DNA of 51,253 nucleotides, counting the filler, from Anaerolineae bacterium (lineage in GTDB: Bacteria > Chloroflexota > Anaerolineae > Epilineales > Epilineaceae), in the NCBI GenBank assembly GCA_029262755.1. It is 9 parts of 9 records of this genome, joined end to end, with 100 filler letters (N's around TTAATTAATTAA, not from the genome) between each part and the next. Parts side by side here need not be neighbours in the genome. Positions count along the whole stretch, not along the records: positions 1 to 15,090 come from JAJCYU010000418.1; positions 15,191 to 19,058 come from JAJCYU010000419.1; 7 more parts are not named here. One strand, 5' to 3'. Below the pieces are notes generated by a model. That model searched no databases. It was given only the letters and a program-made list of their open reading frames with translations, and was not told the origin of the DNA. Shown in pieces: positions 8,014 to 19,158 of the stretch. Every line of letters begins with the position of its first letter. Position 1 is the stretch's first letter. A program made the translations under genes and the position numbers.

Positions 8014-10783
8014 GTCCGCCCAGATCGGCGTCGCCGCGCCAGCGCAGCAAGCGCAAGCCCATCACGGTGGCGAGCACGGAAGCGCCCACGTCGGCCAGCA
8101 CGGCGCCCCAGAGGGTTCCGAGGCCCACGACCGTGAGCAGCGCGTAGCCGATCTTGATCGCGATGGTCACACCGATGATTTCGCGGACGCGTCGTCGGCC
8201 GGCCTTGGCCAGGTCGATGGCCCACGGCACGCGCCGTAGATCGTCGTTCATCAGCGCGATGTCCGCCGTCTCCATGGCCTGCGCGGAACCACGCGGGCCG
8301 CCCATCGCCACGCCGACGTCGGCCACGGCCAGCGCCGGCGTGTCGTTGATGCCGTCGCCGATCATCATCACGGCGCCGTGCTTCGCGCGTACCTGCTGCA
8401 CGATACGCGGCTTGTCTTCGGGCATCAGCGAGTCGTACACGTGTTCGGGCAACACACCCACGACATCCCCGACCAGCCGCGCTGCCGCAGGACCGTCGCC
8501 CGTGAGCATGACAACCGCGTCGTCGCCGAGGCGACGGCGGAGCGCCGCGACGGCCTCCGGCGCGCTATCGCGAACCGCGTCGCTGAGGTTGATGCGCCCC
8601 AGGTAGGTGCCATCCGAGCCGACGAGCATCGGCGTCAGGCCGAGCGCCGCATCGGCCTCGATGCTCGCACAAAGGGCCGCGTCGTGCGGAACCGCCTCGT
8701 CGAAGTGGCGGTGGCTGGCCACCAGCACATCGCGCGCGCCGACCCGCCCGCGCACGCCGCGCCCGGGCAAGGCCACGACCGATTCCGCGTCCGGCAACCG
8801 GATGCCGCCGCGCGCCGCCTCGGCCGCGACGACCGCCCGTGCCAGCGGGTGCTCGCTGCGTCGCTCCACGGCGCCGGCGAGCGAGAGCAGGTCGTCGCAG
8901 GCGTCACAGCGCTCGCCGTTGGTTGACGGAGTGGTCGACGGGGTGGTCGACGAGGTGGTCGATTCGTTGGAAGACCCGTTTGCCGACCCGTGTGCCGAGT
9001 CGTCCGCCGACCCGTCGCCCGATCCAATCTCGAGGTTCCCCGCCGCAGCGCTCGTCGAACCGTTCGTGGCGCCCCAGTTGGCTCCGTCGGGCGATCGGTT
9101 CGCGGTCGCGGCGCGTTCTGCGCTGGTGGAGCCCTCTTCGGGATCGCCGACGCTCCGGTCCCCCGCTCGGTTCATCGCACCAGTCGCTGACTGCAGCGCG
9201 GTGGCCGATGTGCGCCGCGGCACGGCGCAGGCCAGACCGGCCACCGCGGGCAGACAGTCCGCCGAAACGATGCCGACCACCTCGGGCTCGCCCATCGTGA
9301 GCGTTCCCGTCTTGTCGAAGGTGATGGCGTGCACGCGGGCCAGGCGCTCCATGGCCTCGCCGCCCTTGATCAGCACGCCGCGGCGCGCCGCGGCGCCGAT
9401 GGCGCTGACCACCGCAACGGGGGTGCCGATGACGAGCGCGCAGGGGCAAGCCACAACGAGCAGCGCAAGGCCGCGGTAGAGCCACGCCGGGCGGCCGCCG
9501 ATCTCGCCGAGCAAGGGCTGGCCGAGGAGCAGCGGCGGCAGGAACGCCACGGCGGCCGCAACCAGCACCACGGTCGGCGTATAGCGCGCCGCGAAACGAT
9601 CGACGAGCCGCTCGATCGGCGCGCGGTTCGCGCGCGCCTTGGTAACCATGCGGGCGATTCGAGCGACGACGCTCTCGTCGGCCGCCCGCGAAACGCGGAT
9701 CTCGAGCGCGCCCTCGCCGTTGACGGTGGCCGCAAAGACGGCGGCGCCGGCCTCCTTGATGACCGGCACGCTTTCACCCGTCACCGCCGCCTGGTCGATG
9801 GAAGAGGCACCGGCGATGACCTCGCCATCGGCCGGCAGGCGCTCGCCGGGCAGCACGAGCACCTCGTCGCCAACCATGAGCTGCGCGGCGGGCACGGTCT
9901 CGCGACCGCAGGGGACGGGCGTTGCATCGGCGCGGCGCAGCCGGACGGCCGTCTCCGGCGCCAAGACCGCGAGCGAACGGATCGCCTCGCGCGCCCGGCC
10001 GGCGCTCCAGCCTTCCAGCGCTTCGCCGACGCCGAAGAGCACCATGAGCATGCCTGCCTCGGCGAAGGCGCCAATGCCGATGGCGCCGAAGGTGGCCACG
10101 GTCATGAGCACGTGGATCGTGATCCGCCGGCTCACGGTCAACGCGCGCCACGCCGCGACCATCACGGGCACGCCCGCGATCGCGGCCGCGGCGAGGGAGC
10201 TAACGTCGACCCAGAACGATCCGCGCTGCAGGATCTCGCCGAAGATCAGCCCCGGCAGGGCCAGGGGTGCGGCGATCAGGATCAAGCGCGTCTCGGGGCG
10301 TTGCGATGTCCAGCGCAAGAAGCCCAGGATTCCGCCGGCGGCAGCCTGCTCCGGCGACGACGCCGCCTGCACCGCACCGCCTTCCGCGCTTGGCGCGGGC
10401 GCCACGAAGCCGGCAGCGCGCACCGCAGCGCGTACGGCTTCCGGGTCGGCGTCGCCCTCGTACGCCAAGGTCTCGCCCGCAAAGTCGACCGAGCAGGCCG
10501 ATACCCCGTCGACGCGGCGCACGGCCGCCTCGACGGTCGTGGCGCAGGCGCCGCAGTCCATACCGAGCACGGTGAGCGGCGACGGCGCGCTCGACGTAGC
10601 CGACGCGGCCGACGAAGTCGACGTGAACTCGCGAGCCGACGAGGCGCGCTGATCCGGCTCACGTTCGGACGTGGGATCCAAACGGAGGTCCGGGTCCGAC
10701 GTGAAGTTCGATCCTCGCGCCGGGCTCCGGTCCGGGCTCTTGTTGCTGTCCCGCTTTGGGTCCGACGTGGATGGCTCGTTCAT
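8000..10783 (-). CDS. Heavy-metal-translocating P1B-type ATPase (ZntA/CadA-like)
   Basis: GMDCGAC HMA domain, TGES, ACPCAL, DKTGTLT, SEHPLA and GDGINDTPAL motifs; TM KIGY...LADVG pattern of the Zn/Cd/Pb subgroup. Confidence 0.92.
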   Translation of the reverse strand: MNEPSTSDPKRDSNKSPDRSPARGSNFTSDPDLRLDPTSEREPDQRASSAREFTSTSSAASATSSAPSPLTVLGMDCGACATTVEAAVRRVDGVSACSVDFAGETLAYEGDADPEAVRAAVRAAGFVAPAPSAEGGAVQAASSPEQAAAGGILGFLRWTSQRPETRLILIAAPLALPGLIFGEILQRGSFWVDVSSLAAAAIAGVPVMVAAWRALTVSRRITIHVLMTVATFGAIGIGAFAEAGMLMVLFGVGEALEGWSAGRAREAIRSLAVLAPETAVRLRRADATPVPCGRETVPAAQLMVGDEVLVLPGERLPADGEVIAGASSIDQAAVTGESVPVIKEAGAAVFAATVNGEGALEIRVSRAADESVVARIARMVTKARANRAPIERLVDRFAARYTPTVVLVAAAVAFLPPLLLGQPLLGEIGGRPAWLYRGLALLVVACPCALVIGTPVAVVSAIGAAARRGVLIKGGEAMERLARVHAITFDKTGTLTMGEPEVVGIVSADCLPAVAGLACAVPRRTSATALQSATGAMNRAGDRSVGDPEEGSTSAERAATANRSPDGANWGATNGSTSAAAGNLEIGSGDGSADDSAHGSANGSSNESTTSSTTPSTTPSTNGERCDACDDLLSLAGAVERRSEHPLARAVVAAEAARGGIRLPDAESVVALPGRGVRGRVGARDVLVASHRHFDEAVPHDAALCASIEADAALGLTPMLVGSDGTYLGRINLSDAVRDSAPEAVAALRRRLGDDAVVMLTGDGPAAARLVGDVVGVLPEHVYDSLMPEDKPRIVQQVRAKHGAVMMIGDGINDTPALAVADVGVAMGGPRGSAQAMETADIALMNDDLRRVPWAIDLAKAGRRRVREIIGVTIAIKIGYALLTVVGLGTLWGAVLADVGASVLATVMGLRLLRWRGDADLGGPTAR

Positions 10784-10855
10784 GGTCCGCTCTCTTCTGT
10801 ATGCGTATCTTGCGCGTGCTCTTGGCGTGGTGGAGCTATGCGACCGGTGCCGATG

Positions 10856-11740
10856 CTACCAGAGTGCCGCGGCCAGGCGCGGCCGATATTCTTCGGTCAG
10901 CGGATGCTCATCGCCCAGGAGATCGAACAGGGCGAGCATGTCTTGGCGTGCTTGCTCACGCGCCGCGGACGCTTCCGGCCCGGAGGGCGCGCGTCCGGCA
11001 CGGGTGAGCACCTCAAGCAAGCCTTCGAGCGCGCCGCGGTGATCGCCGCGGCCGACGAGGGCTGCGGCGAGGCTAACGCGGGCATCGAGATCGTCCGGAT
11101 CGGCGGAAACGCGGCGGCGCGCGGTGCTCTCGTCCGCGCTCACGCCCGCCCGCTCGCGAAATCGGGACTCGGCCAGCAGCCGGTCGGCTTCGGCTCGCTC
11201 GGGCGCGGCGACGGGGACGCGCGCAAACAACGAAGCCGCTTCCTCGGCGCCATCCCCGGCGAGCAAGACGCGGCCAAGTCCCAGCAGCGATGGCGCGTGC
11301 GTATCGTCCTCGGCAAGGGCATCGCGGTAGGCGGTCTCGGCGCCGACCGCGTCGCCGGCCGCCTCGCGGGACGCCCCTTCGGCGGCCAGGCGCTGCGCTT
11401 CGTCCGGCCGCAGCCCTTCCAGGAACTGCCGCACAGCGGGCTCCGGCTGCGCGCCCACGAACTCGTCGACGACGCGACCGTCTACAAAGGCCTTCACGGC
11501 GGGGATCCCCTGCACACCGAAGGCCTGCGCGATGGCCTGATTGTCGTCCACGTTGATCTTCACCAGGCGCCAACTGCCCGCACTCTCGGCGGCGAGCTTC
11601 TCCAAGACGGGGCCGAGCATCCGGCAGGGCCCGCACCAAGGAGCCCAGAAATCCACGAGCACCGGCGCCTCGCGGGATGCCTGCACTACATCACGCTCGA
11701 AGTCTTGCTCGTTGCTATCGATCACCCAGGTCGTGTCCAT
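10856..11740 (-). CDS. Thioredoxin plus TPR co-chaperone (YbbN/CnoX family)
   Basis: VDFWAPWCGPC, then TPR-like helices and a C-terminal HPLTEEYRPRLAAALW; GGAGG upstream of the start (alternative ATG at 11749). Confidence 0.88.
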   Translation of the reverse strand: MDTTWVIDSNEQDFERDVVQASREAPVLVDFWAPWCGPCRMLGPVLEKLAAESAGSWRLVKINVDDNQAIAQAFGVQGIPAVKAFVDGRVVDEFVGAQPEPAVRQFLEGLRPDEAQRLAAEGASREAAGDAVGAETAYRDALAEDDTHAPSLLGLGRVLLAGDGAEEAASLFARVPVAAPERAEADRLLAESRFRERAGVSADESTARRRVSADPDDLDARVSLAAALVGRGDHRGALEGLLEVLTRAGRAPSGPEASAAREQARQDMLALFDLLGDEHPLTEEYRPRLAAALW

Positions 11741-11850
11741 GCCGCTCATGCCTCCATCGGGTCGGTGTACCTCACGGGAATCACGTCGTCCACGCAAGCG
11801 ATCGGCCACAGTATCGTGTCGGCTACCGTATCATAATATATCGACCGACA

Positions 11851-12669
11851 TCAATCTACCAGAGCAATGTTAGCCTCGGCGAGCCGACGTTGCAGAAAGG
11901 CGAGGATGCGGGGACGCAGGGTGGCAGCGCGCGCGAAACGGGCCTTGATCACCAGCGTCAGGACCGTGTCGTCGCCGATCTCGCCGGTCTCGCTGATGAC
12001 CTCCCATGGCTCGATCAGGTTCTCAATGCGCACCACCGCTTCATCCCGAAACGCATCGAGCGCCGCGAGCGTGCGTTCCAGATCGACGCTGGCTACGCGA
12101 AGCTTCACGTTGGCCATCGAGTACAGACCGCGGCTGAAGTTGCGGATGACGCGCACCTCGCCGGTGGGGATGATGAACAGCTCGCCGCTATGGGCCCGGA
12201 TATGCAGGTTGGTGAGGTTGACACGCTCGACAACGCCCTCGACCTCGCCGCCGGGCAGACCCGGAAAGCCCAGCTTCTCGCCGACCGAAAAGCGATCGCC
12301 GAAGATAAACGACATGCCGGAGAAGTAGTCGCTGATCAGGGGCCGCGCCGCCAAGCCGAAACCGGCAGACAGTAGACCGACCACCCAGATCACATCATCG
12401 GCCTGAATCGACTCCGCGCTGGCGAGGGCCAGGATCGAGGCGACCACCACGGCGAGCACGCTGATCAGGTCGCTCAGCACGCCGGCGACGACCTCGCGCC
12501 GCTCGGGTCGGCGTCCGGAGTGCGCGAGCATGTGCGCCAACCGACCGGAGAGCAGATGAACCAACCACGCCCCGAAGAACAACAGGGCCACGTAGACGGT
12601 GCGCTGCACCCAGGGGGCGGTGGCAGCCCAGGTGGAACCGTTGGTGAACTGCAACCACATGTCGGACAC
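11851..12669 (-). CDS. Small-conductance mechanosensitive channel (MscS family)
   Basis: Three TM segments followed by GFGLAARPLISDYFSG...FSVGE...EGVVERVNL...GELFIIPTGEV...NFSR. Confidence 0.85.
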   Translation of the reverse strand: MSDMWLQFTNGSTWAATAPWVQRTVYVALLFFGAWLVHLLSGRLAHMLAHSGRRPERREVVAGVLSDLISVLAVVVASILALASAESIQADDVIWVVGLLSAGFGLAARPLISDYFSGMSFIFGDRFSVGEKLGFPGLPGGEVEGVVERVNLTNLHIRAHSGELFIIPTGEVRVIRNFSRGLYSMANVKLRVASVDLERTLAALDAFRDEAVVRIENLIEPWEVISETGEIGDDTVLTLVIKARFARAATLRPRILAFLQRRLAEANIALVD

Positions 12670-12978
12670 GAAGCACCTTTGTGTAGCGAGCGGGAGCCGG
12701 ACTCGGGATTGGCATCGCTATTGGTTGCACGAATTCTTCGGGGCTCGGCCATTACGGCATCCGCCGCTGCTACCCTGACCGTTCAATACACCCAACCAAC
12801 AGACGAAACCACATGTGCCCGGGGGCCGTAGTATAGGGACCAGCGGCCACACCCCTGCAATGCTTTTCTGCGATCCGGAGCGACCCGATCCGCTCCCGGC
12901 GGCCGCAATCCGATGTGCCGACGCCAATTCCACCGCGCGCGCCCTCGCGCGGCCCACACCGTCTTTGGGAGCTCCTCG

Positions 12979-14040
12979 ATGTCGACACGAATCGCCCAAC
13001 CCGATCCCGACGCCATGGTCGCCGGCGTCACCGGCCTACTGGCCGGGCATACGGGACTCGACCGCAACGTGCTACGCGCAATCTTTGTAGTCGGCCTTAT
13101 CCTCGAACCGATCACGACATCCATCGTCTACTTCGGCATCTCTTGCTTCCTGGAGCCTGCCGAAGCCGGCAAATTGCGTGACGGCGCGCAGGCGCGTCAG
13201 GTCGCCGCGACCGGCGCGAAGTCCTTCGGCCGCATCGCGTCTGTGGCCGGCGAGGTCGCGGTCGGCGTTGCCCGCGCCGCCGTTGTCGCGGGCCGCGCGG
13301 GCGCCTCGGCCGGCAGCGTCGCCTTCCGCACGCGCACGCCGGGCCGCCGATCACAGCGCAGGGCCTTCAAGTCCGCGCGTCGCCAAGCCAAGCTCGAGGC
13401 CCGCCTAGAGCGCCGGATCGCCAAGGCGGCGCCGGCTCCCGCGCCGCGCATGCACCACGCACGGGTCGCCGGTACCGCACGCGCGGCCACGGCTGGCCCA
13501 ATGGCCGGCTACGCTCCCGCGCCGTCGCGCGGTAGGCGTACGGGTGCCTCGGCACCGTCACCGACGCGGGTTCCGCAGGCTCTTTCACCGACGCCCCCCG
13601 CCGCACCACTTCCAACGCGCGTACGGAGTCCGCTGCGCGAGCACGGCGCAGCGCCCGGTCACAGCCCCGCGCCCCGAAGCGCGCCGGCTCCTGCGACCGC
13701 GCCGTCTCGCGCACCGGAACCCAAAGCGTGGATGTCGGACGAAGAGCGCTTGGAGGCGCAGGTCCACGAGGCCGTTGCTCGCCAAGAGACCGAGGCTCGC
13801 GTTGCGCTCGCCGCAACGGAGGCCGCGGCCCAACGGGCGGTCCGCATGCGCCGCCGGCGCCGGATTCGCCGGACTATGGGCGCCGTTGCGGTTGCCGGCG
13901 GTGCGATCTGGCTGGCCGGAGAAGCCAACCTGTTCTTGGTCGACCGCGTGACCGCCGGTATCCAGGAGCCCATGACCATGGCCATCGTGCTGATGGCTGC
14001 CGGCCTCTGGCTCGTGGTGAGCAGCGTCCGCAGGCGCTAG
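12979..14040 (+). CDS. PspC-domain membrane protein with a long Pro/Ala/Arg linker and two C-terminal TMs
   Basis: N-terminal DAMVAGVTGLLAGHTGLDRNVLRAIFVV resembles the PspC domain; C-terminal hydrophobic pair. Confidence 0.65.
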   Translation: MSTRIAQPDPDAMVAGVTGLLAGHTGLDRNVLRAIFVVGLILEPITTSIVYFGISCFLEPAEAGKLRDGAQARQVAATGAKSFGRIASVAGEVAVGVARAAVVAGRAGASAGSVAFRTRTPGRRSQRRAFKSARRQAKLEARLERRIAKAAPAPAPRMHHARVAGTARAATAGPMAGYAPAPSRGRRTGASAPSPTRVPQALSPTPPAAPLPTRVRSPLREHGAAPGHSPAPRSAPAPATAPSRAPEPKAWMSDEERLEAQVHEAVARQETEARVALAATEAAAQRAVRMRRRRRIRRTMGAVAVAGGAIWLAGEANLFLVDRVTAGIQEPMTMAIVLMAAGLWLVVSSVRRR

Positions 14041-14449
14041 ACCCCGATCGACCGTGCGATCGCAGGGCGCTTCGTGACCGCGACGCCCCGCGATCGCGCT
14101 GCTCGTCTGCGCTACACGAGAGCGGGCTGACACGCCAACGTACGGCACGAAACCCTTGGATTGCTTCCGCCTGCATGTTATGATCCCCGGTCGCGCCTCC
14201 GCGCACGGCCGCGAACGGTTGAGCACGCCTCTTCGCCCGCGAAGGGGCGTTTGCTACGCCAGGACTCGATGTCCGGTTCGTGTGCAATCGACTAGTAGTC
14301 CAACCGGCCCCGAACGCGACCCGACCTCCAACCCGTACCGCGCACGCGACCCCAATTCGACCTAGAACGTGAACCCCCTGCGCCCTGCCCGCGTGCGCCA
14401 GCCTTCACCGGCACGCACCGGCAACCCCGGAGCCTCCCGCAAGCCCATC

Positions 14450-15090
14450 ATGCGCACCGTCGACTGGCAGGACGAGCACGTCGTGATGATCGATCAGCGC
14501 CGGCTACCCGGAGCGCTGGAGTGGTTGCACCTGCACGACGTCCCGGCCGTGGCCGCCGCGATCACGGACATGGCCGTCCGCGGCGCACCGGCCATCGGTG
14601 CGACGGCCGGCTTCGGCCTCGCCCTCGCCGCTTCGCGGTCCACGGCCGCGAGCGTGTCCGCCCTTCGCGCCGAATTGGACGATGCAGCCCGGATCCTGCG
14701 CGCAGCGCGGCCGACCGCTTCGAACCTCGGCTGGGCACTCGACCGCTTGCTGGCCGAGCTCGACGCCGCGATGGGAACGAGCGATCCGGCCAACGACACG
14801 CACGACGACACGCACGACCTACCTCGCGTCGCCGCCGCGCGCGCGTTCGTGCTTGCCGGCGCGCGCCGCATCGCGGACGAGGATGTCGCGATCAACCGTC
14901 GGATGGGCGCCCACGGCGCCGCGTTGTTGCCCGACCAGGCGCGCGTGATCCACCACTGCAACACCGGTGCGCTGGCCACCGTCGATTTTGGCACCGCGCT
15001 CGGGGTGGTTCGCGCCGCGCATGAAGCCGGCAAGAACCTGCACGTCCTGGTCGACGAAACCCGGCCGCGCCTCCAAGGCGCGCGGCTGAC
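14450..15090 (+). CDS. mtnA: S-methyl-5-thioribose-1-phosphate isomerase, 3'-partial
   Basis: IDQRRLP, MAVRGAPAIG, ARPTASNL, HCNTGALAT, GTALG and DETRPRLQGARL motifs; cut by the contig end. Confidence 0.93.
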
Positions 15091-15190
15091 NNNNNNNNNN
15101 NNNNNNNNNNNNNNNNNNNNNNNNNNNNNNNNNNTTAATTAATTAANNNNNNNNNNNNNNNNNNNNNNNNNNNNNNNNNNNNNNNNNNNN
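15091..15190. other. Artificial contig linker. Equivalent linkers at 19059-19158, 25912-26011, 31148-31247, 33928-34027, 37356-37455, 42676-42775 and 46544-46643
   Basis: 100-nt N blocks containing TTAATTAATTAA (stops in all six frames); genes are cut at these junctions. Confidence 0.98.
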
Positions 15191-15192
15191 TG

Positions 15193-15489
15193 TCGCCCGT
15201 CTTCTACGACTACGGCCGCTTCGCGCGCATCTTCACGTTGGGGCCGTTCGAGATCAGCGCCGAACGCTTGGCCTACATTATCAACCCCATGGCCACCTTG
15301 ATCGCGAACTACCGCACCGTGCTCTACGGCGGCACGGTTGATGTGCCGTTCGTCGGGATGGTGGCCACGCCGCCAGGGCCGCCGGACCTCGGCTTCTTGC
15401 TGCGCACGCTCGTCACGGGTCTCGTGGTGCTGGCCGCCGGATGGTGGTTTTTCAGCCGCCACGCGGGCCGCTTCGGCGAGGAGGTCTAG
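15193..15489 (+). CDS. wzm: ABC-2 polysaccharide export permease (Wzm), C-terminal part
   Basis: SPVFY...INPMATLIANYRTVL...GWWFFSRHAGRFGEEV; lies directly upstream of the Wzt ATPase. Confidence 0.8.
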   Translation, partial: SPVFYDYGRFARIFTLGPFEISAERLAYIINPMATLIANYRTVLYGGTVDVPFVGMVATPPGPPDLGFLLRTLVTGLVVLAAGWWFFSRHAGRFGEEV

Positions 15490-15491
15490 CC

Positions 15492-16904
15492 GTGACCTCT
15501 CCGCAATCACACCCGGCGGTGATCTTTGAAGGCGTGACCAAGCGCTTCACGATCACGCACGACCGCCCCCGCTCGCTGCAAGAGGCCTTCGTCGCGACCT
15601 TCCGCCGCGACCGCGGCCTGGAGCGCGAGACCCTCACCGCCCTGGACGCGGTCAGCTTCTCGCTTGCGCACGGCGAGTCCCTGGGGCTGGTCGGGCCCAA
15701 CGGCACGGGCAAGAGCACCACGCTCAAGCTCGTCGCGCGCATCCTGGAGCCCACCGCGGGACGCGTCGTGATCGACGGCCGCGTCGCGGCGCTGCTCGAG
15801 CTCGGCGCGGGCTTCCACCCCGACCTCACCGGCCGCGAGAACGTCTACCTGAACGGATCCCTGCTCGGCCTTTCCCGGCAGCGCATGAACGATCGCTTCG
15901 AGCGGATCGTTGCCTTCTCTGAGCTGGAGAGCTTCATCGACATGCCGGTCAAGCACTACTCGTCTGGCATGTACATGCGCCTCGGCTTCGCCACAGCCAT
16001 CCATCTCGACGCCGAGATCCTGCTCGTCGACGAGATCCTGGCCGTGGGCGATCAGAACTTCCAGAACAAATGCCGTGAGCGCATCGCCGCCCTGCGCAAG
16101 GCGGGCGTGACGATCCTCTTCGTATCGCACAGCCCGGAAGCCGTGCGCGAGCTCTGCGACCGCGCGATCTGGCTCGAGCGCGGCAAGGTGCTGGCCGACG
16201 GCCCCACCGACGCGGTCGTGGAGGCCTACTACGCGAGCATGGTCGAGCGCGAGTCCCACCGCCTGGCCGCGGAGGCCGCCGAACGCGGCGGCGCGCCACC
16301 CCCTTCGCCGGTCACCGGCCCGCGCGGCGCGGCCGTCGACCGCTACGGCTCCCGCGAGATCGAGATCCTCGGCGTCGACCTGCTCGACGACGCGGGTGCG
16401 CGACTGCCCCTCGCACGCACGGGCGAACCACTCGTGATCCAACTGCGCTACAAGGCGCACGAGCGCATCGAGGGTCCGGTCTTCGGCATCGCCCTGCACC
16501 GCGACGACGGCGTGCACCTAACGGGCCCCAACACCCGCGACGTCGGCCTCACGATCGACGCCGTAGACGGCCCCGGCGCCGTACGCATCCGCGTACCGCG
16601 CATGCCGCTGATGGAGGGCAACTACGAGCTCTCCGTCGCCTGCTACGACCACACCCTGAGCCACCCCTTCGACCACCACCACCGCCGCTTCCCCCTACGC
16701 GTCCGCGCCGGCGACGTCCGCGAGCGCATCGGCCTGCTGAGCCTCGATGCGGAGTGGGCGCATGCTACCGGCCCGGTCGCGCCTGTGGTCGACGAGGGCG
16801 ATGTCGATGGGGGCGGAACGGACGGTCCCGCCGCCGCGCCGAATTCGGGCGATGCCGATTCCGACCGCGGCACGGCCATCGACGCGGGCGCGTCCGGCGG
16901 ATGA
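15492..16904 (+). CDS. wzt: Polysaccharide ABC exporter ATPase with C-terminal Wzt_C domain
   Basis: GPNGTGKST, LELGAGFHPDLTGREN, YSSGMYMRLGF and LLVDEILAVGD motifs; beta-sandwich tail starting RYGSREIEI. Confidence 0.92.
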   Translation: MTSPQSHPAVIFEGVTKRFTITHDRPRSLQEAFVATFRRDRGLERETLTALDAVSFSLAHGESLGLVGPNGTGKSTTLKLVARILEPTAGRVVIDGRVAALLELGAGFHPDLTGRENVYLNGSLLGLSRQRMNDRFERIVAFSELESFIDMPVKHYSSGMYMRLGFATAIHLDAEILLVDEILAVGDQNFQNKCRERIAALRKAGVTILFVSHSPEAVRELCDRAIWLERGKVLADGPTDAVVEAYYASMVERESHRLAAEAAERGGAPPPSPVTGPRGAAVDRYGSREIEILGVDLLDDAGARLPLARTGEPLVIQLRYKAHERIEGPVFGIALHRDDGVHLTGPNTRDVGLTIDAVDGPGAVRIRVPRMPLMEGNYELSVACYDHTLSHPFDHHHRRFPLRVRAGDVRERIGLLSLDAEWAHATGPVAPVVDEGDVDGGGTDGPAAAPNSGDADSDRGTAIDAGASGG

Positions 16905-16937
16905 CGGTCGCGATGCAGGACTACGCGCGGCTCGATC

Positions 16938-19058
16938 GTGTCCGCTTTAGTTCTCGCTCCCGCTCCCGCTCCCGATGCCGTTCCTCCCGTTCCCGCTGCC
17001 GTAGCTGTTCGACCATCCATGTTGCTTGATCTGCGCACGCTGACCGCGCTGCTCGCGTTCGGCGCGGTCGCGTTGCTGCCCGGCCTCGTGCTCTGCGCGC
17101 CGCTACTGCGCGGCGAACGCGATCCGCTCGTGCGCGCCGGCCTCGCGGCGGGCGCCGGCTTGGCGCTGTGGCCCGTGCTGGCATTGTGGCTCGACACCTT
17201 CGGTTTGCCTTTCGAGTGGCCCGCGATCGTCACGGTCCTCGTGGCTTCTGCGGCGATTCTCGCGCTGCGCTTCGCTCGCCGCCGACCGGCCCATCGCCGC
17301 GCTATGCGGGTAACGGAGCACGCCCGTTCACGCGCCAACGCCAACGGAACGCCGACGTTGGCCGCGCTTCATCCGTCCCCGCGCGCCGAAGCGCTCGAGC
17401 AGGCCGAACAGGCGCTGCAGGACGACCCCGCACCCACATGGCGCCATCCCGCAACGCTCGCCACGCTCGGCCTGTTGCTTGCGCTCCTTGCGGCCCGCGC
17501 TTGGGCGGCGCGCGGCGTTACGGTGCCGCTCTGGGGCGACAGCGTGCACCACGCGATGATCGTCGCCCTCTTCGACCACCAACGTGGGCTACCCAACGAC
17601 TGGCTGCCCTACGTGCCGCTGGCCACCTTTAGCTACCACTTCGGGCTGCACGCCGTCACACGCACGGTCGCTGTGCTCAGCGGCCTCGCGCCCGAGCGCG
17701 CGCTCGTCGTGACCGGCCAGGGCCTCATGGTCCTGCAGGCGCTGACCGCCTACGCGCTCGTCGCCGGCCTGACCGGCCGCCGCTGGGCCGGCTTCGGCGC
17801 GGCCCTCGCCGCCGCGGGCCTGGGCAGCATGCCCGGCTTCTACCTGAACTGGGGTCGATACACGCAGCTGGCCGGGCAGGTTGTTCTGCCGGCGGCAGCG
17901 CTGGCGACGGTGCGCTTGGCGGGGAGGGCGGGCTTGCAGGTGGTCGGATCGGTGCGAGGATCCGAAGGAGGGAGGGCGGGCGCGTCGCGGGACGAGACAG
18001 CGTCCGGTCGGGGCGGCACGCGCGGCGGGGGCGTCGAGGCTGATGGGGCCGACGAGGCCGGCAGGGCCGACACGCGAGCGACCGACGAGGACCGCTCGGC
18101 CAACCGGACCTGGACGTCGCATTTGTCGGCGAACGCGCCCCTTCTTGTCGCCGCTTTGCTGGTCGGAGGGCTAGCGCTTACGCATTACCTAGTCACGATC
18201 TTCTTCGTGCTCTTTATCGTTGCTTGGCTCGCCGTTGGCGCATGGGGCGGGGATCACGAGGACCCCGCCGGGCGCGCCGTCAATGCCGATCGACCGGGCC
18301 GCATCGCTCCTGGCGATCGCGCCGGTCGCACGGATCGCGCCGACGCCTTGGCCGAGGCGAGCTCGAACGCCGCCCGCCCTTCGGCCACCGCCGTCGCCCT
18401 GCGCCGCGCGATCGCCGCCCGCCTCGCGCCGTTGCCGCGATTGCTTGCGATCGCCGGCGTCGCGTTCCTCGTGGTGCTGCCATGGTTGCCGCGCGTCCTC
18501 GCCGGCCGGCTCGACAACCACGCGGCGGCGCTGCTCACCTCCGAGCTACCCGACGCGAGTGTCTGGGGCCTCCCTCCCCCCTCCTACGTGTGGACCAACC
18601 TCTCCGCCTTCGTCGGCTGGCCGCTCGTCGCGTTCGCCGGCGTGGGGCTTGCCTGGGCGATCTGGTCGACGTGGGCCGCGAGGTCGACGTTGAACTCACG
18701 GGCAGCAAGCGGCACCGGCCGCGCATGGGCCGGTTGGTCGTGGTCGTGGCCCACGTGGTCGTCTTGGCGAACGCGATCATCGTCGCAAGGCGAGCAGGCA
18801 GCTTCGGCCCAAGCGCCCGAGCCATCAGAGGGTCGCCGGCAACCCGTAGCCCCTCGCACCGCACGGCCCCACCACCTCCATCCATCGCGTCAGGTCCTCG
18901 CCCGCGCCGTACCCCTGCGCCGCGCGGCCGGCCTCGGCGCGCTCTGGGCGCTGCTGCTCCTCGCCTCCGCCTACCCCGCCGTAGTCGGTCTGCCGATCAC
19001 AGGCCCCATCAAGGACTTCACGGTCTTCATCGGCCTCTACCTGCCGCTCGGCCTGCTC
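16938..19058 (+). CDS. Polytopic membrane protein, probable GT-C-like glycosyltransferase (DUF6541-like), 3'-partial
   Basis: Multiple TMs; PLWGDSVHH, YHFGLH and YLNWGRYTQLAG motifs; located in a surface-polysaccharide locus. Start codon uncertain. Confidence 0.6.
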
Positions 19059-19158
19059 NNNNNNNNNNNNNNNNNNNNNNNNNNNNNNNNNNNNNNNNNN
19101 NNTTAATTAATTAANNNNNNNNNNNNNNNNNNNNNNNNNNNNNNNNNNNNNNNNNNNN

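Noticed and set aside
9329..11836. Long ORFs such as 9329-11836(+), 2230-3570(+), 23870-25339(+) and 38752-39900(-)
   Set aside because: Antisense or off-frame shadows of real genes in high-GC DNA, with Arg/Ala/Gly-rich translations and no motifs.
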